From: Octopus vulgaris | Lineage: Eukaryota | Direction: 5' to 3' | Assembly (NCBI GenBank): GCA_951406725.2 | Contig: OX597822.1 | Location: forward strand, 110,236,001-110,300,000 | DNA: 64,000 nt | Shown: piece by piece, positions 41,187 to 54,700 of the stretch | Layout of the letters: every line of letters begins with the position of its first letter | Position numbering within the stretch: the first letter of the stretch is position 1 | Translations under genes and position numbers: made by a program | The notes under the pieces: generated by a model | Database searches by the model: none | Told to the model about the DNA's origin: nothing | The model's input: the letters and a program-made list of their open reading frames with translations, nothing else

Positions 41187-41243
41187 TATCTGTTTCAACA
41201 CACGACTTCACATAAAAAAATCTTGCACAACAAATATATAAAC

Positions 41244-41306
<63 letters not shown>

Positions 41307-41316
41307 AAAAGTAAAA

Positions 41317-42336
41317 ATTCTGGCATAGCTAACATTTTTTGCATGAATCTTGACTTCATTACGATGAGCCGTAAATCTTCCTTCACTGCTTGTAGTATCG
41401 CCCCCACCTTTAGCTCTAAATCCTCATTATCTTTTACAACCACCTTATTCCCACCATCCACCATCTCCCTTCCACTCTTGCCGATCCTGCTCAGCGTTTA
41501 GTGGTCTTTCTGAATAGGATGACAGTATCTGACATCTGCTATTCTTCACTCCTTTATTTCTTTATATACTTGCACCTCCTAACTATACAGTCTACTGCAT
41601 CTCTACTACAAATGAGAAAGCAAACCGTTTGGCATTACTTTCTAAAGCAATTTAATTTAGATAAACACTATATGCAAACAAAGTCTCTTATAGGTATTTG
41701 TAGAATAGCTAAGCATGTGGATCATGATACTGAGTAAGGATTCCATAAGCTGAGCATTCCGTCATCAGAGAGGGTGAAGTCAGATAGACGTGAAAATGAG
41801 GAAATATCCCTAGTAGAGGATATTTGTACGTTGGAGAAGGGTCAGGGTGAAATAGCTGTGTTAGGTACTTTTATGATCAAATAAATAATACAGTTATAGG
41901 TAATGTCCATTAGCAGTTTCAAATGAGAATGTTCGGTGATAATCCATGACAAGAAATAATAGAAATTACCAGTTCCAATTTTGAATAGAGAATGAATGGT
42001 AAGATTATTATACTACAGTGTAGAGGAAAGACAGACAGGTAGATGTAGTAGAGATGCAGTAGACTGTATGTTAGGAGGTGCAAGTATATAAAGAAATAAA
42101 GGAGTGAAGAATAGCAGATGTCAGATACTGTCATCCTATTCAGAAAGACCACTAAACGCTGAGCAGGATCGGCAAGAGTGGGAGGGAGAGGGTGGATGGT
42201 GGGAATAAGGTGGTTGTAAAAGATAATGAGGATTTAGAGCTGAAGGTGGGGGCGATACTACAAGCAGTGAAGGAAGATTTACGGTTCACCGTAATGAAAT
42301 CAAGACTCATGCTAAAAATATTAGCTATGCCAGAAT
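41317..42336. repeat. Long inverted repeat with ~295-bp arms (41317-41610 and 42044-42336)
   Basis: Arms are near-perfect reverse complements; the ORF track gives matching peptides from opposite strands (41501+ and 41919-). Confidence 0.95.
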
Positions 42337-43930
42337 ACAAATAGAATTAATAAGCAACATTTTTAGCTGACATAAGAATGAAATTTGGCCAAAAGAAATG
42401 TTCATAATTGACTGAAGAACGGGGAAAGTTAGGCCTCCAAATTCAAACCCTTTGCACCAAAGGTCTCACTATCTCTCTTGCAACAAACAAAAATGCTACA
42501 GTTACCAAGGCATTGATGAAACATCATAAGAAAGGAACTGTGAATAAAGATTCGAGAATATTATGCCAGGCTTAGAAAAGTACAGCAAGACAATATCCCA
42601 CAATGCATTTTCAGTACTAGTGCTGATTCCAACATTTGGAATATTTGACTGGTCAGTAGACGATATCCACTCCATACATGTTAAAAACCGCAGATACTGC
42701 TATCAACCAGAAATCTCCTTAGAAATAGTGACATCGACTGCCACTATCTAATAAGAGATAAAGGAGGTAGAACATTTGAGTTCAGTGCAGATAGCGTTCA
42801 AATGTCGTACAGAATTCCTCCCCTTTCTCTCCTCCTTTCTCTCCCTCTCTTTGTCATTGTCTACATTAACAAAACAGCAAAAAAGTAATACATTGAGTTA
42901 GTGCAGAAAAGGAAAGAGAACATTATGCTATGTTTCGGCAACGAGCTCCTCAGGAAGCACTCTCTTCCTGATAACCTCCCATACAACCCCTCAAACAATC
43001 GGATGAATATGCCTTAAAGAAGATCTGGATATGAAACGCTCAGCATAACAAAAAAGATTATGCATGGCTTTGTTTCTTGAAGACTTGCATATTGTAATAT
43101 TGACGTGGTGAAACTTCTCTTGGACTCGTGACAGCTACATCACGTCACACTTCAAAGGCAATCAAAGAACAAGAGATTGCTATGAAATACCAAAACCCAA
43201 ATAGACCAAAGAGACAGTAATAACCATGGGGATCTAAGATGCGACCGAAAATGGAGATTATGTCATATTTTTGTGAAAGACATCACTTATGTGATTAGAA
43301 GCTTTCCAAAAATGTCATCAAGGTACTATCTCATTATGCGACACGACGTTGTGGCAGAAACAATATACGAGGGGTGTATGAAAAGTCTTGAATCTAAAAA
43401 AAACCCAAAACAAAAACAAAAAAACAACAAGACAGGGTACAAGACTTCAAGCTCAACCGCCTTGAAGGCTCAAAACTTTTCATACACCCCCCGTATAATG
43501 CCATTCGAGAAAAGACTGTCTTAGAGTTAATATAGAATTCTCCTGTTATTGAAGACATATACAAATATCAACACAAGGGATACTGGTGGAGCATTCCCAT
43601 AAAAAAACATCCGTCAAATGTAAACATAACGGACCAGATAATGTTGCTTGAGACAGATGAGAAAAAGTATGTACCGTCAAGGAAGCCAGCTTTCCACTGA
43701 TGTGAATATCTATTTGAAAATCAAAGAGAAAGAGGAGACCTATGAACAACTGTTTCGAAACATCTATATCTAGATTATAAATTCACATTTATACGAAAAA
43801 TAATTGGCGCACTTGGTTTTGTGACAATCTGGATAAGTTAGAGTTTTCAGAAAATATAATCAACTAACTAACTCGTACATAAGAAATGAAGTCTGTAAGT
43901 GGAACATTAAAAATATGTAAAACTTTTCTC
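42337..43930 (+). mobile_element. Decayed R4-clade RLE LINE (RT end, Zn knuckle, endonuclease)
   Basis: Fragments TFLADIRMKFGQKKC, KTISHNAFSVLVLIPTFGIFDW, KDITYVIRSFPKMSSRYYLIMRHDVVAETIY, KCKHNGPDNVA and IIGALG appear in the expected order. Confidence 0.82.
43368..43493. mobile_element. mariner-type MITE inserted in the LINE remnant
   Basis: TIRs cgaggggtgtatgaaaagt / acttttcatacaccccccg with TA duplication; removing it restores the frame ETIY-NAIR. Confidence 0.88.
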
Positions 43931-44919
43931 AAGTTTAAAATGTAACAGTGTTGTATTAACTACATTCCACCGATGGAGCTTTGTATCTTTGTTAGAAACC
44001 AGCTCCTTCCTCAGAGAAAGAATTTAAATAATTAAGAACAGAAGATAGATACAGACAGACGTACAGTGAGAGAGGTATTGGAGAAGGAGTGACAGAGAGA
44101 CGGCGACGGCGGAGAGGGAATGAGAGTGGAAAGTGTCAAACGTCGTTATAGAGAGAAATTGGAGGGAAGGAAGAACAGAGAGAGATCGAGGAAGACAGGG
44201 TGATATCTGTAAGCGAGAAACGACAAACACTTGTCAAAGTCTGTGTTTTATTGCCCTAGTAACCACAACTTTTGAGATAAGGGTTTCTAACCTAGTCCAG
44301 TCGCTTCCTCGCTTCTTTTTACATGTCTCTATAAATTTTTGCGCCAATCCGACCCCATCTATCGCCCCTTAAACCGTTCCCATCCCAAAATGAGATAACT
44401 TTTTCGCAATTCAGATATTGATGGAGGTGGAAACAGCATAGACGTAAATGTAAGATATTTCAATTTAAGGAGTTTAATAAAAATGATTTCAAAAATCATA
44501 TGAAGAAAATATTTCCGGTTTCGATGACGAATCTCATCTAATCAAATATCAATAAAAATTTATAAAAATTTGAAGTAAAAACGGTTTGCCTTCTGTTTAG
44601 GGCTAAAAAACATGTTTTTGACCAATACACAGAAGATAAACAGTTTTTACTTTACATTTTTATAAAACCATGGATTGAAGAAATTATTAGGTTGAAAAAT
44701 TCAATAATAATATATTTTAATGTATAGATACACACTCATACAAACATATGAATCTATGGCTAGATATAAATGCAACTACATAATGCATATAAACACACAA
44801 CACACACTCACTAGCACATACGTATATATACATATACATATATATATATATATCCGCATACACATACATACATAAATACACACATGTTAACATACATACC
44901 GTTTATCATTTTTGAAAAT

Positions 44920-45151
44920 AAGTCAACCAATCAAATCCAATTCCTTATTTGTCAATTTGGATTATATCAAATCCTACATTACATGTACCATAATTTTATT
45001 CCAGTCTTGATCACAACTGTCTGACGAACGGGAAAGTGAAACTGAGTTTTTTTGTGATGTTTTTGCAGCTTAAATAAAAAAAGCTTAATACTCTACTTCC
45101 GGTATTTGTGTACAGTTTTTCAACCTTACTTTTGTATTTATGTGCTTACTC

Positions 45152-45152
<1 letters not shown>
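44920..45152 (+). repeat. Microsatellite-associated short element with HHR-like core (family shared with 59020-59248)
   Basis: ccaatcaa...cttatttgt...tgatc..ctgtCTGACGA..GAAAC..tttgtga..tttt.cagctt is collinear with 59020-59248. Confidence 0.65.
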
Positions 45153-45196
<44 letters not shown>

Positions 45197-45399
45197 CCCC
45201 TTTTTCTTTGTTTCTTCCTTCCTCCTCCTTCTTTCTCTCCTTGTTTTTATTTTTTCTCCCCACACCTTTTGAATTTTTCCTCCCCACGTCTTTATGTGCC
45301 TTTCTCTTCCCCATCTCCTTAACTTTTTTCTTCTTGTTTTTTAATCATGCCCGATTACAAACCTTTCCTCCTCCATTTTCAATCACCGCCTGCATTTTA

Positions 45400-46785
45400 T
45401 GAGGAGAACTGCTTCACCGACCTGGACCGCCGACCATCCCAGTGGACGCCAGTTCCAAGCGGTCGATCTTTTTGCGGGCGCCTACCAGTGTGCTGTGGAC
45501 AGGTTTGACTTTTTCAAGCGTCCCCGTCATCTGAACATTGCCCAACCGAACTCTCGGCCTTTAGATGTCTCCGGAGCCGCACGGACATCATCATAAGACC
45601 GGCCGACAAGAGTGCAGCCGTGGTGGCGTGGCGCGCGGACCTTCAAGACATCTTCTTCTACTGCCCTCTGCCCTCCAACGCCACGCCCAACTACAAACAG
45701 ACTGTGTCCGCTACTATCCATGACCTCATCTCCTCCTCCCGTCTTCCCCTACCGCCTCTAATCTCATTGTCCGCACCCCTCGCACTCCTACAATTTACTT
45801 CCTCCCCAAAATCCGCAAACCTAACAACCCTGGCCACCACATCGTCTCTGCCTGCAACTGCCCCACCGAACTCATCTCCAGATATCTTGACTGTGTCCTT
45901 GACCCTAGTAGCTTCTCTTCGTTTGTGCAACTCTTTCTCCTTCTCTCCTGGCCTCTCTAAACTTCTCTTCATTCTTGACTTCAAGAGTCTATACACGGTG
46001 ATCTTTCACCACCAGGGGCTGCGTGCACTCAAACAATTCCGAAACCCTCGACACAACACCCAAAGTAACACATCCATACTTCTTGCCCTCTCACTTAACT
46101 GCTTCTCGTTCGCGGGTGATTTTTACCAGTAATTCTCGGGAGTGGCTATGGGAACGAGAATGGGCCCCAACTATGCGAACTTGTTCGTTGGCTACGTTGA
46201 GGCCCAAATATTCTTAAGTTTCACTGGTCTCACTCCTGAACTATATGGTCCTTATATTAACGACTGCATCAGTGCGACCTCACACTTTCATCTTGCACTC
46301 GCACTAGACATCCTTCCTCTTTTGTCAAATCTTTCCATCCTGCCCTCCACTTCTCCTGCACTATCTCTGATACCTCTGTCTCCTTTCGACATTTCGGTCA
46401 GCATTCATCACTCCACTCTCACCACCTCCATCCACTACAAACACACAGACTCACACTAATACCTCAACCTCTCCGCCTCCCACCCTATACACACCAAGCT
46501 CTCCATCTCCTATTCCCAAATCCTCCGTCTACGCAGGCTCTGCAGTGACAACCATGACTTTGAGACTCCGTCTCACCTCATGGCTCGCCACTTCATCCTA
46601 CGGTGATATCCCCTCACCGCTATCCTCACCGCCCTTGCCAGAGCACATTCCGTGAACCGTGCATCTGTTCTCCGTGCATCGGTACTCGTCCCGCCACCCG
46701 TCTCCCGTTTCCCCGTCACCTACCACCCCACCACCCTTCTCCGCACCATTCTCCGAGCCTTCCGGCGACTCCAGTCCGACCCTAT
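45400..46785 (+). mobile_element. Penelope-like element (Neptune-like) reverse transcriptase pseudogene
   Basis: Motifs DIIIRPADKSAAVV, FLPKIRKPNNPGHHIVSACNCPTELISRYLD, GVAMGTRMGPNYANLFVGYVE, YINDC and SIHYKHTDSH, with frameshifts and stops; (TA)n on both sides. Confidence 0.9.
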
Positions 46786-47741
46786 CATATATATATATAT
46801 TCATATGCAATATTGATGACCTATTTAAAGTATTCCACACTGCCTTGGGAGGTACAACAAATTACGGTGAACTACGGTGAATTACAGTGAATTACAATAC
46901 CAAAACGAAAAGACATCTTGGGTTGTCTCTCATACTTGTCGAATTGATTTTTAAAATTCGTTATCACTGTATCTATTTTGAATATAAATTGAGGCTGTTT
47001 TACATAATTCTGAACCAGCTCGTTTCCTAAATCAGAGCAAAGTCCGTTTAGCGATTCGTTGAAATCTTTACCTGTCGGGATTATTTTATTTCATTCCTAT
47101 TTTTTAGACACACCCATATTTAAATATACTTAATGTAGGACACAGGGATGATAACGGGCGCAGGAATCACGGAATCGAACTTTTAGTTACAATATTCAGT
47201 TTTCTTCGATTCAATTCAAAGACTAAAATGTGTTGATGTAAAAATGCCCAACACAAAAGAAAAACAAAATCTTTAATCATATTTTGTGAACATAATTTAA
47301 CTAGCTGCGAGGAATGATTATGTTAAGCAACTCAATCGTGCGTATATCGATTTACCTGTCATTTCTTCAGGTGTGAAGGAAATAAGTACCTAGTTGATTT
47401 ACACATTAAAGAGTAAATTGAAACAAATGACTGACTGTTTAGTGTTGCAATTCAGTGGGTTTTGAGTTCAATCTCTGTTGTCTCTGACACCTTGAAGACA
47501 TTAGCATCATGCCGAAATCAAGCACTACTTTCATTTGGTTAATGTTATTGATACAGGAATAAATTGCAGACCTGCAAGCCAAAATTTGTCTTCGGCAGAA
47601 TGAATACTAAGAAAATAAATACTTTTATGGAATTCAATATCACTTCTTGCAATAACTATCTCGTTTTGGTGAAAATAATGTCGCTAAAATAGTTTTGAGA
47701 TCCACATAACCACAAAACACCATGGATATAATATTTATAAA

Positions 47742-47777
<36 letters not shown>

Positions 47778-48525
47778 CAAACACACACACACACATGCAA
47801 ACACACACACACACACATGCAAACACACATACACATGCAAAAACACACATAAGCGCATGCATATGTACACGCACACATATATACATGCACACGTACAGAT
47901 GCACTCACACACATATATGTATGTGCATGTGTAGGTGATTGTGTGTATGTATGCATGCGTAAGTGTGTATATGTATATATATATATATGCGTGTGTGTGT
48001 GTATGTGTGCATAAAGGGCGGGTACAAACGCTAAAAACATGCTAGGCAGAACAGACGAATAGTTAGCCTTCATCAGCTGTCTCGCTATGGGTTCTAGCAG
48101 TTTCAAAGTTTAGTGGCATTAGGAAACCTCTGGATACTGCTGTTAAGGCACATTGTAGAATTAAAAACTTGGCGACTGGATGGTGAAAACAAGGAAATGG
48201 AAAGTTTGTAGGGTTAAAACTTGTGACTAATAGAGATAAAAGGACACATATGACTATCAAAAATGAAATTAAATGAAATAAAACATATTTCGACAGAAGA
48301 GAAAGCAAAACCGTAAATTGTGACGAAAATGAAAGGAAACAAAACAAATATAATAATAGGAAACAAATGTAATAATAGGAGAGTATTGTAGTTCGCTTGA
48401 AGCATTATGAATTGTTTGTAAAGAATAACAAATTTTGAATGGTACAACAATGCACTATAATACAGACAATGAGCTATTTACCTGTTGTAATTTAGTCATT
48501 TATATTCTCATATGATATTTCGGAA

Positions 48526-49050
48526 CAATATTCCTTCTCCAGATATTCTTAGATGGCGTCGCTGCTATAATCGGTTTTCTAAAGGCTTTTCTTTTTTCAA
48601 TTTTTGGAAGCGTCTCAGCAGTGGTCGCACGATGCTCCTACCGGAATTCCTCATGAAAAGTGTGAGGTCGGCCTCAATCTCTTGTGTTCTGGTACATCCG
48701 TAGCGCTGCTTTTAAGTTACATATTATACGTGCAGCTTCCTTGACTCCCTTCATTTTTTGTCTTCTCTTCTTTTTTTTGTCAAAACCTACAGATGAGCAT
48801 ATTATCAAAAATGAACCTATACGCATCTAGATGTATCTAAATAATGTATTGATTACCAACCTCCAGCCTGGGGCCCTAGTCTGTATATGATTATAGCTTC
48901 CTTAATTCTTAAATTACCTAGATTTCTTTCATTGGCCTCGAGCATCGTGAGACCATTGCTGAGACGCTTCCAACAAATAGAAAAGAAAAGCCGTTAGAAA
49001 ACCGATTACAGCAGCGACTCCATCTAACAATATCTGAAGAAGGAATATTG
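48526..49050. mobile_element. Foldback/MITE-like element with ~110-bp inverted arms
   Basis: caatattccttctccagatattcttagatgg...gatgctc (48526-48637) pairs with gagcatcg...ccatctaacaatatctgaagaaggaatattg (48940-49050). Confidence 0.82.
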
Positions 49051-51236
49051 GTTACTAGTTTAACGAAATGATGCTATAATGTATCAAAGCAAGTTATCCT
49101 TATGGTAAATTGTGTTTGTTCTTCATTTTAATTTAAATTATACTCATTTGAAGATTTATGTATATTTGGGCCCAGACCGAGCTTCAAATGAGCCCACAGA
49201 TTTTCATAATTGTCTGATCAATACGCTTCCAATGTGCCCCTAACCACCTTCCAATCGTCATTTAATTCGAATTATATAACTTTTTGTCTTTCGGCCTCGA
49301 AATATACAAATATGAAAAGCTGACCCCAGATCACTCGATCTAAGAAAAAAAAAAGTCACCAGTTTCGTAAATTTCCAGAATTGTGTTATAAATACGTTTG
49401 CAACGCGGTCTCAGCTATCTTCCAATCTTCTTTTTCATTCAACCGATGTCCTGTTTTGAGCCAAAATACTCAAATATGGAAATTCGGTTCCAGACTCCAA
49501 GATATTTTGAAAATTTGGAATTTTCATAAATTTCTAAAATAGCTTTATCGATACGCTTCCAATGAGTCATCACCTACATTCCAAGTGTCATTTAACTAAG
49601 ATTATGCCAAATTTTGCCTCAGATCCCTAGACTTTTGAGAAAGTTTTGTTTTTCATAAAGTTCCAAAATTTCCTTACCAATACGTTTTCAACGAGACCTC
49701 ATCCGCTATCGGGATATTTTCCTGCCAATCTATGACCAAATGTCCATGAAAACATCTTTTCAGCCCAATACATTCTGGAGGTAAGGCGAGGAGCCGAATA
49801 CAGTTACTATACATATGACCTTCCAGCTAAAGATTGGCCACATTCTTCAGCAGCTTCACGTGCCGTTCAAGAATTTGGACCTGGAGATCTCCATTTCCAG
49901 TGACTTCGAGGGTCACCTCCCAGTGGTGTCGAGCGTCAACGAAGAGCCCTCGACTACAACAAGACGACCAAAGTTTCATTTTCCAAGGTCTGGGGTCTCC
50001 CGCCCCTAAGCCCAAGACCATCACCTAATCACCCTTACCTGTTGCTTAACAACAACAACAACAACAACAGCAGCCTCACGTAGCTGTCTGCATTGAGGGT
50101 AGGGCCTTGTTAAAAGATGTGGCGATGAATTTCGGCGTGAATTCCTAGTCTCTTCTTGCTAGTCACAGCGACAATGTCTCCATTGTAGCTGTCCTCATCA
50201 CGTCTTACACCCTTTACAGTGTTCGCAGAGCACTGAGTTCCAGTCATGATGTCGGCATTTTAACACCCGGCGCAAATCGTCATGATACAGCTAGCTGCAT
50301 TTCAATATTCAGAGGGCTTACAGTCTTCCATGTCAGATAATCTTTTCTAAACTACAAATTTAAACATTACGCTCTTCAACGTCTCTAATGTTCACCAATA
50401 CATTAAGCTGTGTCTGAAACAGAAGGGAGCATAGCAAATCGTCAAATGTAGACCGAACGTCTTGTTCATCCGAATCTTTACCCAATGAAAGGAACCGATA
50501 ATATTGCAGCGATTGGACTTCGGATTTTTCCTGTTTCCTAGGTAGTTGCTTTGACGAAAACTACAGGTCACGTGCCATCGTAAGTATTTCTAGTATAAGT
50601 TTGCCATCATAAGTATTTCTATGTCCGTGCACACTATTGCTGGATAGTCATTGCAGCTGAATTGCATTCTTCTGTCTCTTTGTCTGAGATTCTTGTATTC
50701 CTCACCAATATAGTCTGATGAATAGCGAGGTGTCTCTGTAATTGTCAAAAACCCGACCACGAACTTTGGTGTACTAGATTATGCGTTACCAATAGCATTC
50801 ACACACAAAAATCAGATATACTTACATCCATATACACATATCGAAGTGTGTGTATAGTATACACTCACTCTCACACATTCGTATACAGAAATATTGTACT
50901 TGTAGGCTATGTGTCCAGTATATACCCCATTCAGCTCTATATTATATCTCGTAGTTTTATTTCCAAATATATTCATTATCAAAATGTGCCAATAGAAAAC
51001 AAGAAATTTTCACAGGACACTTATATTTACATGCATGAATGCACAAATGCACGCACACGCACACATGCACACAAATACACACATATACATATGCATATAA
51101 ATCGTTTATAAATGGTGTGCTCGAAGTAGATAAAGCTATAAGTTTGGATAGAAGGCTGCCCTTGGGACTCGAACCCACATCTTCTAGAAACGTGACACAA
51201 ACAATATACATGTATGAAAATACAGAGACACACATA

Positions 51237-51465
51237 TTTCTTTACTGCCTACAAGGGGCTAAATATAGAGGGGACAAACAAGGACAGACAAAGGGATTAA
51301 GTTGATTATATCGACCCCAGTGCGAAACTGGTACTTTATTTATCGACCCCGAAAGGATGAAAGGCAAAGTTGACTTCGGCGGAATTTGAACTCAGAACGC
51401 AACGACAGACGAAATACCGCTAAGCATTTCGCCCGGCGCCCTAACTTTTCTGTCAGCTCTCCGCC
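51237..51465 (-). mobile_element. SINE family A
   Basis: Reverse complement of 17041-17275. Confidence 0.9.
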
Positions 51466-51471
51466 TTTATT

Positions 51472-51727
51472 TAAATAAATGCGCCCTTTTAAAGCCTAGC
51501 CAGGCTCATGGGCCCGGTTTCCCGGTTTTCTATGTTGCATTTGCTCCCCATCTGGATGGGATGCCAGTCCATCGCAGCGTTACTCATTTTTGCCAGCTGA
51601 GTGGACTGCAGCAACGTGAAATTAAGTATTTTGCCCAAGAACATAACGCGTCGCTCGGGCCAGGAATCGAAACCACGATCTTACGGTCATGATGCTGACA
51701 CCCTAACCGCTAAGCCACGCGCTTTCA
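51472..51727 (-). mobile_element. SINE family C
   Basis: Reverse complement of 2856-3121 and 8898-9158. Confidence 0.88.
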
Positions 51728-52299
51728 CCATAGTTACACACATAGCCGCGCGCGCGTATGTAAGCATATATATATCACCACACCCGTTGTCGCTATCTTT
51801 TGTATCTCATAGTGTTGATAGACTGCGAGGCGTATGACTTAATATAGATTCCGCGACTATTTCATTCTTGCTGCAGACACATTGTTGGAGATTTGATTAA
51901 ATGTTTTACAGCTTTGTTTCATTAGACACTTAATTAGTAACATAAGTTCGCGTTAATAAAAGGCACCAGAAGGCACTTATTATATGCTCTCGATTCTGAA
52001 AAGAATTTCATCAGCACAAATCGCTGTTGATAGTAAAATGACTATCACTAATAATTTATTTCATGTCTGAAAGAGCGATTAAAATTTCCTTCGAACAGAC
52101 GAAAATATTCTAATTTAATTTAATAGAATTTATGGACTTTACTTAATGTGTTCTCAGTCATCTTTTTCTTGTGGGATGACAAGTTCTTGAATTCTGCTTA
52201 GAGATTGTCATTGGGAGAGGGAGGCTACAAGTGGTGCAAGGTGGTTGGCATTTTAGGGTGCAATTTTCAACTATTTGTTGTGCATTTGGATATTTTATA

Positions 52300-52515
52300 T
52301 TGGTTTCAAATTTCGACACGGGGCCATCAAGTTCGGAGTATGGGGTAAGTCGATTACATCAACCTCAGTATCCAATTGATAACCTATTTTATCGAGCCCG
52401 AAAGAATGAAAGGCAAAGTCGGCCTCGGCAGAATTTGAACTCAGAACGTAAAGACGGACGAAATGCCGCTAAGCATTTTGTCTGGTAAGCTAAAAATTCT
52501 GCCAGATCGCCGCCT
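52300..52515 (-). mobile_element. SINE family A, older copy
   Basis: cccgaaagaatgaaaggcaaagtcggcctcggcagaatttgaactcagaacg. Confidence 0.82.
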
Positions 52516-53449
52516 TTGTACATTTTATATTGTAAAACAGTTTAGAACTGTTATTATGCTGCACAACGTTTTTCATAACCTACTATCTTATTGTATATAT
52601 CGAGTCTATAGAAAAAAGCCCCTAATCTAGATTTACCTAAGGCGCTCAATAAGTATATGCACGTGGAATGTTCTGACATGTCATTATTAAATAGAGAATA
52701 CGCATATCCTAGAAATAAGACTATTCGACATCAGTGTTCTTGGTGTTCTGGGGACGCATTGGATTGAGGTTGGTCACGTCAACACGCATAGTGTAGGCTG
52801 TTTGTCTACTCTAGAGGAAACCTGCACAGAATTGGTGCGGGAGTACTCCGTATTAAGAACACCCCAAATAATTTGATCTTCTACAGGGCAGTCATTGCTC
52901 AAGTACTCTGCATTTAAAACCCTTACCTTTCAACCTGTTTTAAATCCCTGTCTGTGTGTCTACAACGAATGCAGATGAGGATGAGATACAGGCCTTTTGT
53001 TGCATTGTGCAATACATTCCCCGCTGCTACCCAAGGCAAGACTTGTGCTGGTTACTAAGGCCCTTAACACTAATGAGGGTAAGAACCCCTTGGGTAGTGA
53101 GATATGTAGGTGATAGAGCCCAGGACCTCTGAACTGCTCTGGGGAGCGACTTCTCGTCACATCTGTGACAACAACAGTCTCTATATTGCCTGTCAACAGC
53201 CAAAATGGAGACGCTGAAATTGGCAATTTCTTAATAAGAGGTACACCGACCAGATGAATCACGTTCTGAGGAAGTGACATTATACACTGGTTAGAAACCG
53301 GATGTTCAAGTGGCGCGTAAGCCAACGGAATGATTTGGCAACTGTGTCTATTTTCACCTCTCTGTTTTAATCTCTACGCTTAGAAGGTGATGCAGAAGTT
53401 GGAGACTGATCTTGGTTAGATTGATGCCTGCATCAGTGTCCAGCAGTTA

Positions 53450-53618
53450 TGAAGGGGTGCTGAAAGGCCTGGTTGGAGGCCCAACCTTCCGAGAAAAACG
53501 GAAGAACCGTTGCAATAAGTGTGAATTTGAGAGGGAAATATGTTGAATAAAATTATAATTAACTGATCCTTCTGTTTTTTCTTTTACCAAAAGCCAGGAA
53601 CTTTTCAGCTCCCTCTTA
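53450..53618 (+). mobile_element. mariner-derived MITE
   Basis: gaaggggtgctgaaa / ttttcagctccctc termini; C-terminal remnant resembling RCNKCVNLRGKYVE*; related copy at 58014. Confidence 0.7.
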
Positions 53619-53624
53619 CAAATA

Positions 53625-54165
53625 ACCTTCGTTATGCTGATTTGTACTTCACTTGTTAACCTCCAAATATTGACTCACAAACTTTGTGAAGTCTTCAGTG
53701 AGATTCAGTTAGAGATTAAAACCAAAGAGAGTAAGATCATGGCAGCTATCAGAGACTCAGATCAGTTGATTATACGATCAGAGGGTCAAGAAAATGCAAG
53801 TTGACAACATCAAGTACGTGTGGTCCATTCTTGCCATACAGCGAACCGCATTCAAGAAATCAGAGAAAAGCGTGGGGCAAAAGATCAGCTCTGAGGTCAC
53901 TTAAGATGGAGAGACTATACCCTCAGCAAAAGCATCAAGTTGAAATCTCTAAAAAGCTTGGTCTGAAAGTAGCATCATGTGTGTATGAAGCATGGACCTT
54001 TGACACCAAGTTGCTGAGGCCGTTCGAGGATCATTTGGGTGACTCGTAGGGTGAATGGTTCAGTTCAGTCGTGGAGGACCTTGGAGCCGAACGAAAGTTT
54101 GTGACGATGGTTATGCGGCGAATACAGCAATATTTTAATCTCATTAGCAGGGCCAATAACGTCCA
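53625..54165 (+). mobile_element. Highly decayed RTE-like LINE fragment
   Basis: LQILTHKLCEVFSEIQLEIKTKESKIMA..QVDNIKY..VYEAWT resembles RTE RT motifs downstream of the catalytic DD. Confidence 0.5.
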
Positions 54166-54376
54166 TTAATTACAAATAGCAACAATAGCAACAATAATAA
54201 AATTCAAACAAACAAAGACCTCCCCTTAATGTTTCTATTTGAGCTGAAGTGCATAGCACAAAATGACACCGACTTTCCTACGAAGGAGGAAGTAAGTTCC
54301 AAAATATCAGCAAATACATTTTTGCTAAGCAGTGTGACGTCATTCGGATTTTATATGACATTAAGAAAGCAATGCC

Positions 54377-54377
54377 A

Positions 54378-54460
<83 letters not shown>

Positions 54461-54521
54461 ATATATATATATATCTATTTGCCTGTCTGTCTGTCTATCT
54501 GTCTGTCTGTCTGTCTGACTG

Positions 54522-54596
<75 letters not shown>

Positions 54597-54620
54597 GTCT
54601 GTCTGTCTGTCTGTCTATCC

Positions 54621-54673
<53 letters not shown>

Positions 54674-54700
54674 ATCTACGTACCTACCTACCTACCTATG
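54377..54700. repeat. (TCTA)n/(TCTG)n microsatellite
   Basis: Visible directly. Confidence 0.96.

Noticed and set aside
51153-51197. tRNA-like T-arm (gtgggttcgagtccca on the minus strand), with a similar trace at 3188-3260
   Set aside because: Only the 3' half is present and no cloverleaf forms; a SINE or tRNA relic rather than a gene
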